A stretch of 64,000 bases of DNA, taken from NCBI GenBank assembly GCA_965199855.1, contig OZ241326.1:1376001-1440000 (forward strand), in the 5' to 3' direction. Shown here one piece after another: positions 1 to 9,183 of this stretch (the stretch's first letter is position 1; every line of letters begins with the position of its first letter). This stretch comes from a bacterium. Its GTDB lineage: Bacteria; UBA8248. The notes under the pieces were generated by a model. That model ran no database searches. It saw only the letters and a list, made by a program, of their open reading frames with translations, and was not told the origin of the DNA. The position numbers and the translations under genes are program-made.

Positions 1-456
1 GCGGGGGCGGACGCCGTCATCGTCCCCGACCTTCCGCCCGAGGAGGCGGGCGCGCTCCTGGACGCCATGCGCGATTGTCCGCTGGAGCCCGTCTTCATGC
101 TCGCGCCCACGAGCACGCCGGAGCGCATCGGGCTGGTGAACGAGGCGGGCGGGGGCTTCATCTACTACGTGGGGCGGATGGGGGTCACCGGCGCGCGCGA
201 CGCTCTGGACGCGGACCTGGGCGCGACCCTCGCGCGAATCAACCGGGTGAAGAGCCGGCCCGTTCTCGTGGGCTTCGGCATCAAGACGCCCGCGCAGGCG
301 GCGGAGGCGGCCGCTCACGCCGAGGGCGTCATCGTGGGCAGCGCGCTGATAGACGTCATGGAGGCGGAAGAGGCGCGCGGGGAGAAGATGCGCGCGGCGC
401 GCGAATACGTAGCCTCCCTGCGGGCGGGGCTGGATCGCTCCGGAGCGGCTTCGTGA
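1..456 (+). CDS. trpA: Tryptophan synthase alpha chain (5'-truncated by window edge)
   Basis: Frame open from base 1: [24 protein letters not shown]...GVTG, VGFGI, GVIVGSA motifs of TrpA. Confidence 0.95.
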   Translation, partial: AGADAVIVPDLPPEEAGALLDAMRDCPLEPVFMLAPTSTPERIGLVNEAGGGFIYYVGRMGVTGARDALDADLGATLARINRVKSRPVLVGFGIKTPAQAAEAAAHAEGVIVGSALIDVMEAEEARGEKMRAAREYVASLRAGLDRSGAAS

Positions 457-526
457 CTTCAGGCTTCCGCCAGGGGACGCGCGGGAATCCATAGACGCCT
501 TGCAGAGGACGACAGAGGACGGCGCC

Positions 527-1942
527 ATGTCGAAAAACACGCTCTACGACAAGGTCTGGGACGCCCACACCGTGGACAGGCTCGATTCGGGGCAGGATCA
601 GATATTCATCGGCCTGCACCTCATCCACGAGGTCACCACGCCCCAGGCGTTCGCCATGCTCAAGGAGATCGGCGCGGGCGTCGCCTTTCCCGACCGCACG
701 GTGGCGACCGTGGACCACATCATCCCCACCGCGCTCAGCCGGATCCGGCCCTACGAGGACGAGCAGGCCGAGAGGATGATGGCCGCCCTCGAGGAGAACG
801 TGAGCGAGTTCGGCGTCCGCTTTCTGCATCTCGACTCCGGCAGGCAGGGCATCGTTCACGTCATCGGGCCGGAGCTGGGGCTGAGCCAGCCCGGCATGAC
901 CATCGCCTGCGGGGACAGCCACACGAGCACGCACGGGGCGATGGGCGCCCTGGGCTTCGGAATCGGCACGACGGAGGTGGGCCACGTCCTGGCGAGCCAG
1001 ACCCTCGCGCTGAACCGCCTGCGGGTGAAGCGCGTCAGCGTCACGGGCGCCCTGGGCGCCGGCGTGGCGCCCAAGGACGTGATTCTGCGGATCATCCGCG
1101 ATCTGGGCGTCAAGGGCGGGCTGGGCTTCGCCTATGAATACGGCGGCGGCGTCTTCGACGCGATGTCGATGGAGGGGCGCATGACGGTCTGCAACATGAG
1201 CATCGAGGGGGGGGCGCGCATCGGCTACGTGAACCCGGACGAGGCGACCTTCGACTACCTCGAGGGCCGCGAGTTCAGCCCCGTGGGAGAGGGGTGGGAG
1301 CGGGCGCTCGCCTACTGGAGGAGCGTCGCTTCGGACGAGGACGCGGAATACGACGATTTCCATGAAATCGCGGGCGAGTCGATCGAGCCGATGGTCACCT
1401 GGGGCATCAACCCGGGGCATTCCGTCGCGATATCGGAGCCGCTTCCCGAGGTGAGCCGCTTCTCGGGCGAGGACAGGAAGACGGCGGAGCGCGGGTACGC
1501 GTTCATGGGCCTCCGGCCCGGCGAGCCGATTCTGGGCGCGAAGATCGACGTGGCCTTTCTCGGCTCCTGCACGAATTCGAGAATTTCCGACCTGCGCGAG
1601 GGGGCGCGGCTGATGGCGGGCGGCAGGGTGCACCCGGACGTCAGGATGCTCGTGGTGCCCGGCTCCCAGCAGGTGAAGCGGCAGGCCGAGGAGGAGGGGC
1701 TGCACGAAATTTTCCGGGAGGCGGGCGCCGAGTGGCGCGAGGCGGGCTGCTCGATGTGCCTGGGCATGAACCCGGACAAGCTCGAAGGCGCGGAGAGAAG
1801 CATATCCTCCTCGAACCGCAACTTCATCGGGCGCCAGGGCAGTCCGCGCGGAAGAACCCACCTGGGCAGTCCGGCGCTCGTCGTCTCCTCGGCGATCGCG
1901 GGCCGCATCGCGGACCCCAGGGAGATGGAGGGAGCGGCGTGA
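527..1942 (+). CDS. leuC: 3-isopropylmalate dehydratase large subunit
   Basis: [58 protein letters not shown]; ATG at 527. Confidence 0.97.
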   Translation: MSKNTLYDKVWDAHTVDRLDSGQDQIFIGLHLIHEVTTPQAFAMLKEIGAGVAFPDRTVATVDHIIPTALSRIRPYEDEQAERMMAALEENVSEFGVRFLHLDSGRQGIVHVIGPELGLSQPGMTIACGDSHTSTHGAMGALGFGIGTTEVGHVLASQTLALNRLRVKRVSVTGALGAGVAPKDVILRIIRDLGVKGGLGFAYEYGGGVFDAMSMEGRMTVCNMSIEGGARIGYVNPDEATFDYLEGREFSPVGEGWERALAYWRSVASDEDAEYDDFHEIAGESIEPMVTWGINPGHSVAISEPLPEVSRFSGEDRKTAERGYAFMGLRPGEPILGAKIDVAFLGSCTNSRISDLREGARLMAGGRVHPDVRMLVVPGSQQVKRQAEEEGLHEIFREAGAEWREAGCSMCLGMNPDKLEGAERSISSSNRNFIGRQGSPRGRTHLGSPALVVSSAIAGRIADPREMEGAA

Positions 1943-2565
1943 GCGCGCGGAGGATTCAGAGCGTTACGGGCAGGGCCATCCCCATGCCAGGGGACGACAT
2001 CGACACCGACCGCATCACGCCGGCGCGGTTTCTCAAGGCCGTCACCTTCGAGGGCATGGAGAAGGCCCTCTTCTGCGACGAGCGCGAGAACGCGCCCGAT
2101 CACCCCATCGACGACCCCGCCTACAGGGGCGCGAGGATGATGTTCGTGGGCAAGAACTTCGGCTCGGGCTCCTCGCGCGAGCACGCCCCCCAGGCGCTTA
2201 AGCGGCACGGCGTCCACGCGCTCATCGGCGTGTCGTTCGCGGAGATTTTCGCGGGCAACTGCTTCGCCATCGGGGTGCCGACCGGCGCGGCGTCGGCGGA
2301 GGACGCCCACCGCCTGATCCGCCAGGCGCAGGAGGCGCCGGAGACGCGCTTCACCGTGGACCTCGAAGCCTCCGCCGTGCGCTTCGGCGAGAGCGTCGTC
2401 CCCATCGAGATTCAGGAGACGCGCCGGCTCGCCTTTCTGTCCGGCAAGTGGGACATGCTCGCCAACCTGCGGGCCGGCCTCGACCGCGTAGGCGAGGTCG
2501 CCCGGCGCCTGCCCTACGTCGGGAACTTCGGGGAAGAGGCGCGGGAGGAGGGGAGTCCCCGGTGA
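1939..2565 (+). CDS. leuD: 3-isopropylmalate dehydratase small subunit
   Basis: [39 protein letters not shown]; GTG overlaps leuC stop (GTGA). Confidence 0.95.
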   Translation: MSARRIQSVTGRAIPMPGDDIDTDRITPARFLKAVTFEGMEKALFCDERENAPDHPIDDPAYRGARMMFVGKNFGSGSSREHAPQALKRHGVHALIGVSFAEIFAGNCFAIGVPTGAASAEDAHRLIRQAQEAPETRFTVDLEASAVRFGESVVPIEIQETRRLAFLSGKWDMLANLRAGLDRVGEVARRLPYVGNFGEEAREEGSPR

Positions 2566-3650
2566 GCCGCTACCGGATAGCCGTTCTGCCGGGCGACGGG
2601 GTGGGCCCGGAGGTGGTCGCCCAGGCGCGCCTGGCGCTGGAGGCGGCCGGCGGGCGCTTCGGGGCGCGCTTCGACTTCGAGGAGGGGCTTTGCGGCGGCG
2701 CGGCGCTGGAGGCGTGCGGGGAGCCCCTGCCCGAGGAGACCCTCGCCCTCTGCCGCGGGAGCGACGCCGGGCTGTTCGGGGCGGTGGGAGGGCCCCGGTG
2801 GGACGATCTGCCGCGCGAGAAGAGGCCCGAGCAGGCCATCCTGGGCCTGCGGAAGGAACTCAACCTGTTCGCCAACCTGCGGCCCGCCGTCATGTTCGAC
2901 CCCCTCGTGGAGGCCTCCTCCCTGAAGCCCGAGGCGGTTCGCGGCCTCGACCTCCTCGTCGTGCGCGAGGGCGTGGGCGGCATCTATTTCGGGCGGCCCC
3001 GGGGCATCGAGCGCCTCTCGGCCGATGAGGAAAGGGCGGTGGACACGATGACCTACGCCACCGGCGAGATTCGCCGCATCGTCCGCCTGGCGTTCGAGCT
3101 GGCCTCCGCGCGGCGGAAGAAGGTCTGCTCGGTGGACAAGGAGAACGTGCTCGACAACGGCCGCCTGTGGCGCAGGGTCGCCGGCGAGGTCGCCCGGGAG
3201 TTTCCCGGAGTCGAAATCGGCCACATGTACGTCGACAACGCGGCGATGCAGCTCATCCGCGACCCCCTGCAGTTCGACGTCATCGTCACGGGCAACATGT
3301 TCGGCGACATCCTGAGCGATTCCGCCGCCATGCTCACCGGCTCCATCGGAATGCTCGCCTCGGCGAACCTGAACGAGACCGGCTTCGGCCTCTACGAGCC
3401 GGTGCACGGCACGGCGCCCGACATCGCCGGACGGGACAGGGCGAACCCGATCGCGGCCGTCATGTCGGCCGCCATGCTGTGCCGCCATTCGCTCAGGCGG
3501 GCGGACGTGGCCGGGGCCATCGAGGCGGCCGTCGCCGGCGCGCTCGAGGAGGGCCTGCGGACGCCCGACATCCGCACGCCGGGGGCGAAGGCGGCGGGCT
3601 GCGCGGAGATGGGCGCGCGCGTCGCCGCCCTCGCCGGGGCGGGCGGATGA
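2562..3650 (+). CDS. leuB: 3-isopropylmalate dehydrogenase
   Basis: LPGDGVGPEV, LFANLRP, NMFGDILSD, EPVHGTAPDIAG; GTGA overlap with leuD. Confidence 0.96.
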   Translation: MSRYRIAVLPGDGVGPEVVAQARLALEAAGGRFGARFDFEEGLCGGAALEACGEPLPEETLALCRGSDAGLFGAVGGPRWDDLPREKRPEQAILGLRKELNLFANLRPAVMFDPLVEASSLKPEAVRGLDLLVVREGVGGIYFGRPRGIERLSADEERAVDTMTYATGEIRRIVRLAFELASARRKKVCSVDKENVLDNGRLWRRVAGEVAREFPGVEIGHMYVDNAAMQLIRDPLQFDVIVTGNMFGDILSDSAAMLTGSIGMLASANLNETGFGLYEPVHGTAPDIAGRDRANPIAAVMSAAMLCRHSLRRADVAGAIEAAVAGALEEGLRTPDIRTPGAKAAGCAEMGARVAALAGAGG

Positions 3651-4672
3651 CGCGCCTCGCCGTCGCCGGCGCCACGGGCGCCGTCGGAAGGGAGATGCTC
3701 CGGATTCTGGAGGAGCGCGCGTTTCCCGCCGGGGAGGTCGTTCTGCTCGCCAGCGCGCGCAGCGCGGGGCGTAAGCTTCCGTTTCGCGGCGAGGAGCTCC
3801 CCGTCCGGCGGCTTGCGGAGGGCGCGTTCGAGGGCGTGGACATCGCGCTTTTCTCGTGCGGGGCCGCGCGCTCTCTCGAGTTCGCGCCCGCCGCCGCGCG
3901 CGCGGGGGCGGTGGTGGTGGACAACTCCAGCGCCTTCCGCATGGACGCGGCCGTCCCCCTGGTGGCGCCGGAGGTGAACCCGGAGGCGGTGGACGCCCAC
4001 CAGGGCATCATCGCGAACCCGAACTGCTCCACCATCCAGATGGTGGTCGCCCTCAAGCCCCTGCACGACGCCGCCCGCCTCAAAAGAATCGTGGTGAGCA
4101 CCTATCAGGCGGTGAGCGGGGCGGGACGGGCGGCGGTGGAGGAGCTGCGGGCGCAAGTCGCCGCCCGCGCGCGCGGCGAGGCCGCCGCGCCCCGGAAAAT
4201 GCCCCACGAGATCGCCTTCAACTGCCTCCCCCACGTCGACTCGTTTCTGGAGGGAGGCCACGCGAAGGAAGAGCGGAAGATGGCGGAGGAGACGAGAAAG
4301 ATTCTGGGCGCGCCGGAGCTGGGCGTGAGCGCCACCTGCGTGCGCGTGCCCGTATTCAACGCGCATTCCGAATCGGTGAACGCGGAGTTCGAGGCGCCCC
4401 TTTCGCCGGAGGAGGCGCGCGCCCTGCTCGCCCGCGCCCCGGGCGTGGAGGTGGTGGACGACCCCGCCGCGCTCGCCTATCCCATGCCGAAGGACGCCGA
4501 CGGGCGCGACGCGGTGTTCGTGGGCCGCGTCCGCCGCGACGATTCCCGCGAGAACGCGCTCAACCTCTGGGTGGTGGCGGACAACCTCCGAAAAGGCGCC
4601 GCGCTCAACGCGGTGCAGATAGCCGAGTCGCTGATCGGGAAGGGCGCCCCTCGCCCCGTCCCGGCGAAATGA
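3647..4672 (+). CDS. asd: Aspartate-semialdehyde dehydrogenase
   Basis: GATGAVG, DNSSAFRM, IIANPNCSTIQM, TCVRVPV, DNLRKGAALNAVQIAE; ATGA overlap with leuB. Confidence 0.96.
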   Translation: MTRLAVAGATGAVGREMLRILEERAFPAGEVVLLASARSAGRKLPFRGEELPVRRLAEGAFEGVDIALFSCGAARSLEFAPAAARAGAVVVDNSSAFRMDAAVPLVAPEVNPEAVDAHQGIIANPNCSTIQMVVALKPLHDAARLKRIVVSTYQAVSGAGRAAVEELRAQVAARARGEAAAPRKMPHEIAFNCLPHVDSFLEGGHAKEERKMAEETRKILGAPELGVSATCVRVPVFNAHSESVNAEFEAPLSPEEARALLARAPGVEVVDDPAALAYPMPKDADGRDAVFVGRVRRDDSRENALNLWVVADNLRKGAALNAVQIAESLIGKGAPRPVPAK

Positions 4673-4680
4673 GGCGATTT

Positions 4681-5496
4681 ATGGCGAAGGGCAACGATGG
4701 AAACTACCTGCGGCATAGTATTGAAGTCGAGTCCGCAGCGCGGCTTGCGAGAATGGACGACAACGACAAGGGGCGGTTGCATATCGCTTTTACGCACGGG
4801 ATGGCGCCGTTTGAGCCGTGTGAAGAACCAGGGCGGTATCCGGCAGCTTACAAGCTTTTTGAGCGAGTGTTGAATGCTTCAAAAGAGTGGGAACAACTTG
4901 GTGAATTGCAGGTCATCACGGCGTATAGAGGGACGAAGGCATCAAGGGAACGCTATCCCAACTCGGCGGAATTGTTGCGGGCCGTCATGGGAGAAGACAA
5001 ACTGTCCGGTGGAATTACGGAATGCGATCATCGAAAGCACAAGAAACTTGTTGATGCGTGGCGGGGCGCGTCGGTTGTTCCCGTTCGATCGTCATGGCGT
5101 AAGCAAATACACCCCGGCGGCATACTGGCCTGTCCCGCCGATCTCCGGACGCCCTGGCTGTTCACGATGGATCCGATGACTTATAGCGAAAATGGGGAGA
5201 TGGACGATGACAAGCTCCATAAGTGCGATATTAAGCGTCTGTCTCCTGTGTTGAGCGGTTACGTCCGGAGCGGGAAACCGGGAATCGCCGCTTTGTTCGT
5301 GTATGGGGTGGGACAAAAAAGGCGATGCCGTTTTTGGGAATTCATGGATGAACTCGCAAAACGCATTGGCGTAGAGACTTGTTCCTATTGGCTCACGCAC
5401 CGAGGCGGAAACCGCAACCTCGCGGGCTTGCTCTGCTCGGGCATTAAACTTTCACCCGACTTCTTGCCGCGCGGAGTCGAGGAGGGGCGGTGCTGA
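4681..5496 (+). CDS. Hypothetical protein, divergent RlmJ-like SAM-dependent methyltransferase fold
   Basis: AT-richer than flanks; ordered motifs GNDGNYLRH, IAFTHG, RYPNS, ITECD, LFTMDPMTY, GIAALF parallel RlmJ motifs; alternative ATG at 4669 overlaps asd stop. Confidence 0.55.
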   Translation: MAKGNDGNYLRHSIEVESAARLARMDDNDKGRLHIAFTHGMAPFEPCEEPGRYPAAYKLFERVLNASKEWEQLGELQVITAYRGTKASRERYPNSAELLRAVMGEDKLSGGITECDHRKHKKLVDAWRGASVVPVRSSWRKQIHPGGILACPADLRTPWLFTMDPMTYSENGEMDDDKLHKCDIKRLSPVLSGYVRSGKPGIAALFVYGVGQKRRCRFWEFMDELAKRIGVETCSYWLTHRGGNRNLAGLLCSGIKLSPDFLPRGVEEGRC

Positions 5497-5651
5497 GGCG
5501 CGCCCCAAAAGCGCGGCAGGTTCAGCATTTGGAAGAAGAACGGGCTTTTTCATCGCCTCCCGCGCTCGCCGGGGGTTTGAAGGGGCGGTTGCACCAGGGC
5601 GGAATTCGCGTCTTCGGAGCGGCTCCGCCCCGGCGATGACGGACGGGGAGC

Positions 5652-6515
5652 ATGGCGTTGTCTGAGGCGAAAATCGGGGTCATCGGCGGCAGCGGCCTCT
5701 ACGAGATGGCGGAGCTGGACGAAGTGGAAGAACGCGCCCTGGAGACGCCCTTCGGCGCGCCCTCGGCGCCTTACGTCGTGGGGACGCTCGCCGGCAGGCG
5801 CGTCGCGTTCCTGCCCAGGCACGGGGCGGGACACCGCCTCCTGCCGGGGGAGATTCCCTTCCGCGCCAACGTCCACGGGTTCAGGCAGCTGGGCGTGGAG
5901 TGGCTCATCTCCGTCAGCGCGGTGGGCAGCCTGAAGGAAGACGTCCATCCGGGCGACATCGTGATTCCCGACCAGTTCATCGACCTCACGAAGGGGCGCG
6001 CCGGCACCTTCTTCGGCGAGGGCGTCGTCGCCCACGTCTCGATGGCGGATCCGGTCTGCGGCGTCTTGAGCGCGGCGCTGGCGGGGGCGGCGCGCCGGGC
6101 GGGGGCGGCTACGCGCGAAGGCGGCGTCTATGTGTGCATCGAAGGGCCCCAGTTCAGCAGCCGCGCGGAGAGCTTTCTCTACCGGAGCTGGGGCGCCTCG
6201 GTCATCGGGATGACGAACATGCCGGAGGCCAGGCTCGCGCGCGAGGCGGAGATGAGCTACGCCACCATCGCGCTGGTGACCGACTACGACTGCTGGCATG
6301 AGGAGGAAGAGGCGGTGAGCGTGGAGGCCGTGGTCGCCCTGGTGAAGCGAAACGCCGCCCTCGCCCGGAGGATCATCCGGGAGGCCGCGCCCGGAATCGA
6401 GGGCGACAGCCCCTTCGCTGGCTCCCTGGCGGCGGCGCTGATGACCGAGCCGGCGCGCGTTCCGGCCGAGGCGAAGGAGCGCCTGCGCCGTCTGACGGGA
6501 AGATACCTCCCGTGA
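5652..6515 (+). CDS. mtnP: S-methyl-5'-thioadenosine phosphorylase
   Basis: IGVIGGSGLY, FLPRHG, EGPQFSSRAES, IGMTNMPEARLAREAE, VTDYDCWH. Confidence 0.93.
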   Translation: MALSEAKIGVIGGSGLYEMAELDEVEERALETPFGAPSAPYVVGTLAGRRVAFLPRHGAGHRLLPGEIPFRANVHGFRQLGVEWLISVSAVGSLKEDVHPGDIVIPDQFIDLTKGRAGTFFGEGVVAHVSMADPVCGVLSAALAGAARRAGAATREGGVYVCIEGPQFSSRAESFLYRSWGASVIGMTNMPEARLAREAEMSYATIALVTDYDCWHEEEEAVSVEAVVALVKRNAALARRIIREAAPGIEGDSPFAGSLAAALMTEPARVPAEAKERLRRLTGRYLP

Positions 6516-7795
6516 GCCGGCGCAAATCCGAGGAATTGTTCGCCCTCGCGCAAAGCCGCATCCCCGGCGGCGTGAACTCCCCCGTCCGCGCGTTTCGGGG
6601 CGTGGGCGGCGCGCCCTTCTTCGTCGAGAAGGGAAAGGGCGCCCGCATCCGCGACGCCGACGGCGGCGTCTATATCGACTACGTTCTCTCCTGGGGGCCG
6701 CTGCTCCTGGGCCACGCCCACCCGCGCGTGGTGAAGGCCGTTCAGGGGGCGGCGGCGCGCGGCATGAGCTTCGGCGCGCCCACCGCCCTCGAGACCGAGC
6801 TGGCGGAGCTGGTGAACGCCGCCTATCCCTCGATGGAGCTGCTGCGCTTCGTGAACTCGGGGACGGAAGCCGCGATGTCCGCCATTCGCCTCGCGCGCGG
6901 GTTCACGGGCCGCGACGCGATCGTCAAGTTCGAGGGCTGCTACCACGGCCACGCCGACGGGCTGCTCGTGAAGGCCGGAAGCGGCGGCGCCACCCTGGGA
7001 GTTCCGGACAGCGGGGGCGTTCCCCGCGACTGCGCGCGAAACACGGCGACGCTTCCCTTCAACGACGCGGACGCCGTGCGGGAGTTCTTCGCCCGGCGCG
7101 GCGGGGAGACGGCCGCCCTCATCGTGGAGCCCGTGGCCGGCAACATGGGCCTCATCCTTCCCGAGGAGGGATTTCTGCAAGCTTTGCGCGAGGAGACCGA
7201 AAAGGCGGGCGCCCTGCTCATCTTCGACGAGGTGATGACGGGCTTTCGGGTGGCGCGGGGCGGCGCGCAGGCTCTTTTCGGCGTAAAGCCCGATTTGACC
7301 ACCCTCGGCAAGGTGATCGGCGGCGGGCTGCCCGTGGGCGCCTACGGCGGAAGGCGCGACGTGATGGAGCGCGTCGCGCCCCTGGGCGGCGTCTATCAGG
7401 CGGGCACGCTTTCGGGCAATCCCCTGGCCATGACGGCGGGCGTCGAGACGCTCAGAATCATCGAGGAGGAGGGACTGCCCGAGGCCCTCTCCGCCAGGGT
7501 GGAGGCGCTTTCGGACGGCATGGCGGAGGCGGCGCGGGCGGCGGGCGTCCCGCTCGCGGGCGCGCGGTGCGGGTCGATGTTCTGCGCGTTTTTTCAGGAG
7601 CGCCCGGTTCGGAATTTCCGGGACGCCATGCGATCGGACGCGAAAATGTATGCCAAATTCTTTCATTCTATGCTACAAGGGGGCGTGGCGTTCGCCCCGA
7701 GCCAGTTTGAAGTGGGGTTCATGTCCTCCGCCCATACCGATGAATGCGTGGAGGCCACGCTGGTCGCCGCGAAAAAGGCGTTCGCCGGGCTGTAG
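6512..7795 (+). CDS. hemL: Glutamate-1-semialdehyde 2,1-aminomutase
   Basis: PGGVNSPVRAF, NSGTEA, GCYHGHAD, FDEVMTGFR, GKVIGGGLPVGA, QAGTLSGNPLA. Confidence 0.97.
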   Translation: MSRRKSEELFALAQSRIPGGVNSPVRAFRGVGGAPFFVEKGKGARIRDADGGVYIDYVLSWGPLLLGHAHPRVVKAVQGAAARGMSFGAPTALETELAELVNAAYPSMELLRFVNSGTEAAMSAIRLARGFTGRDAIVKFEGCYHGHADGLLVKAGSGGATLGVPDSGGVPRDCARNTATLPFNDADAVREFFARRGGETAALIVEPVAGNMGLILPEEGFLQALREETEKAGALLIFDEVMTGFRVARGGAQALFGVKPDLTTLGKVIGGGLPVGAYGGRRDVMERVAPLGGVYQAGTLSGNPLAMTAGVETLRIIEEEGLPEALSARVEALSDGMAEAARAAGVPLAGARCGSMFCAFFQERPVRNFRDAMRSDAKMYAKFFHSMLQGGVAFAPSQFEVGFMSSAHTDECVEATLVAAKKAFAGL

Positions 7796-7830
7796 TCGAT
7801 TGCGCCCGCGCGCCGGGGAGCCTCGGGACA

Positions 7831-8154
7831 GTGCGAAAGGCGGGGAAGCCGTCCGGCGGGGTTCAATCCCGAAAGAGCAGGCTTTTTTTCTGGTTCTCGG
7901 CGGGCGTCATCGCCCTGTTGCTGGGCTCGGCGTGGCTGGGGCAGGACGGCTATCTCGCCGTTCTGGCCAACAAGGAGCGGGCGGCCGCGCTCAAGCGGGA
8001 GATCGGCCGGATCGAGGCGAACAACCGGGAGCTGCGCGCGGAGATTCGCTCCCTGCGCTCCGACATGCGGATGATCGAGAGAATCGCGCGGGAGGACCTG
8101 GGGCTGGTGAAGAAGGGCGAAATCGTCTATGAGTTCGTCCCGCCGGAGAAGTGA
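7831..8154 (+). CDS. Septum formation initiator (FtsB/DivIC family)
   Basis: N-terminal TM segment, coiled coil, IERIAREDLGLVKKGE motif; start codon uncertain. Confidence 0.8.
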   Translation: MRKAGKPSGGVQSRKSRLFFWFSAGVIALLLGSAWLGQDGYLAVLANKERAAALKREIGRIEANNRELRAEIRSLRSDMRMIERIAREDLGLVKKGEIVYEFVPPEK

Positions 8155-8212
8155 TTTTCATCCGGCCTCATCCGCGGGCGGCGATGTGCGCCGCGCGCGC
8201 CGTTCCGGCGTC

Positions 8213-8241
8213 TTGACAGAACGCCGCCGCCGGGGTAAACA
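8213..8241 (+). promoter_or_regulatory. Putative sigma70 promoter of tRNA-fMet
   Basis: TTGACA (8213-8218), 17-bp spacer, TAAACA (8236-8241), just upstream of the tRNA. Confidence 0.6.
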
Positions 8242-8252
8242 GGAAGGGACGG

Positions 8253-8329
<77 letters not shown>

Positions 8330-8339
8330 AGCGAACCGG

Positions 8340-8370
8340 AAGGCCGCGGGGCCCGCCCCGCGGCCTTTTC
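8340..8370 (+). terminator. Intrinsic terminator after tRNA-fMet
   Basis: AAGGCCGCGGGG-cccg-CCCCGCGGCCTT hairpin followed by short T run. Confidence 0.7.
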
Positions 8371-8377
8371 GCGTTCC

Positions 8378-8590
8378 GGGCGGGGCGCATATATGCGCCC
8401 CCTACGAAACCGTCGCCGTCCCCGCCCGTCCGCCGCCGGAAAACCGGCTCCCTCGCCCGTAGGGGACGCATTCATGCGTCCCGTTTCGATCGGTGGCCAC
8501 GCGCGGGCGGTTCACGAACCGCCCCTACGGGAACCGTAGCCGCCCTCACCCGTAGGGACGGCCCCCGGGGTCGCCCGACAATTCGGGAGC
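8378..8590. repeat. Cluster of four GTAG-type REP palindromes (BIME-like)
   Basis: Alternating-orientation hairpins carrying GTAG/CTAC feet at 8378-8405, 8459-8482, 8505-8528, 8552-8576; same units recur at 54393-54870. Confidence 0.8.
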
Positions 8591-8592
8591 CT

Positions 8593-8950
8593 CCCGCGCC
8601 GGAGAATTCGCCGGGCGGAGGCGTTTCTCCGGGCGTTGGGAGAAGAATCGCCCGCGCCGAAAAGCGGCGGATGCGTTTCTGCGAATTTCTGCAAAATCAG
8701 ACAAATTCACGGCTTTATCCTGCAAATAGAGAGCTGTTTTCCACCTTTTAGAGACCCCTTTGACGACCCTTTGACCATCCCGCCCGGCCCCGGTTCTCCC
8801 GCCTTCCTTCCCCTCCGGAGGCGCACTCCCGCCGCATCTGAAATATAACCCTGTCGGCCGCTTCCGCGGAAGCGCAAATGCGGGCAAATGCGGGCAGACG
8901 CGCGCGATTGCTCCACGCGGAACAATTTAGAGACGGGATTTTCGGGGGAA
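8593..8950. repeat. Conserved ~360-bp non-coding element, copy A
   Basis: Collinear, highly similar to 54871-55229; identical 58-bp core 8731-8788 / 55009-55066; degenerate parS TGCTCCACGCGGAACA at 8909-8924. Confidence 0.9.
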
Positions 8951-9183
8951 AGCGCCCCTCCCGCGCGCGGCCGCCGCCAAGACTGACGGGGAAGATGATG
9001 GATTCCGCAATCTCTCCTCTCCGTCGGGCAATCCCTCCTCGTCGGGCTTGGTTTCCCGAAGCCGCCCCGGCGTATTATGATGCGCGCCGTCGGCTCACGT
9101 TCATTCTGCGGAAAATCCGGCGGTTCTCGTCGGGCCGCGCGCGGCGCCGGGGCGAATTCCAGGAAAACAAAGGGGAAAAGGGC

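Noticed and set aside
8680-8930. Replication origin (AT-rich tract, iteron-like repeats, parS)
   Set aside because: Only near-miss DnaA boxes (e.g. TTTTCCACC), no rep or dnaA gene, and two copies in ordinary intergenic sites; not supportable without GC-skew data
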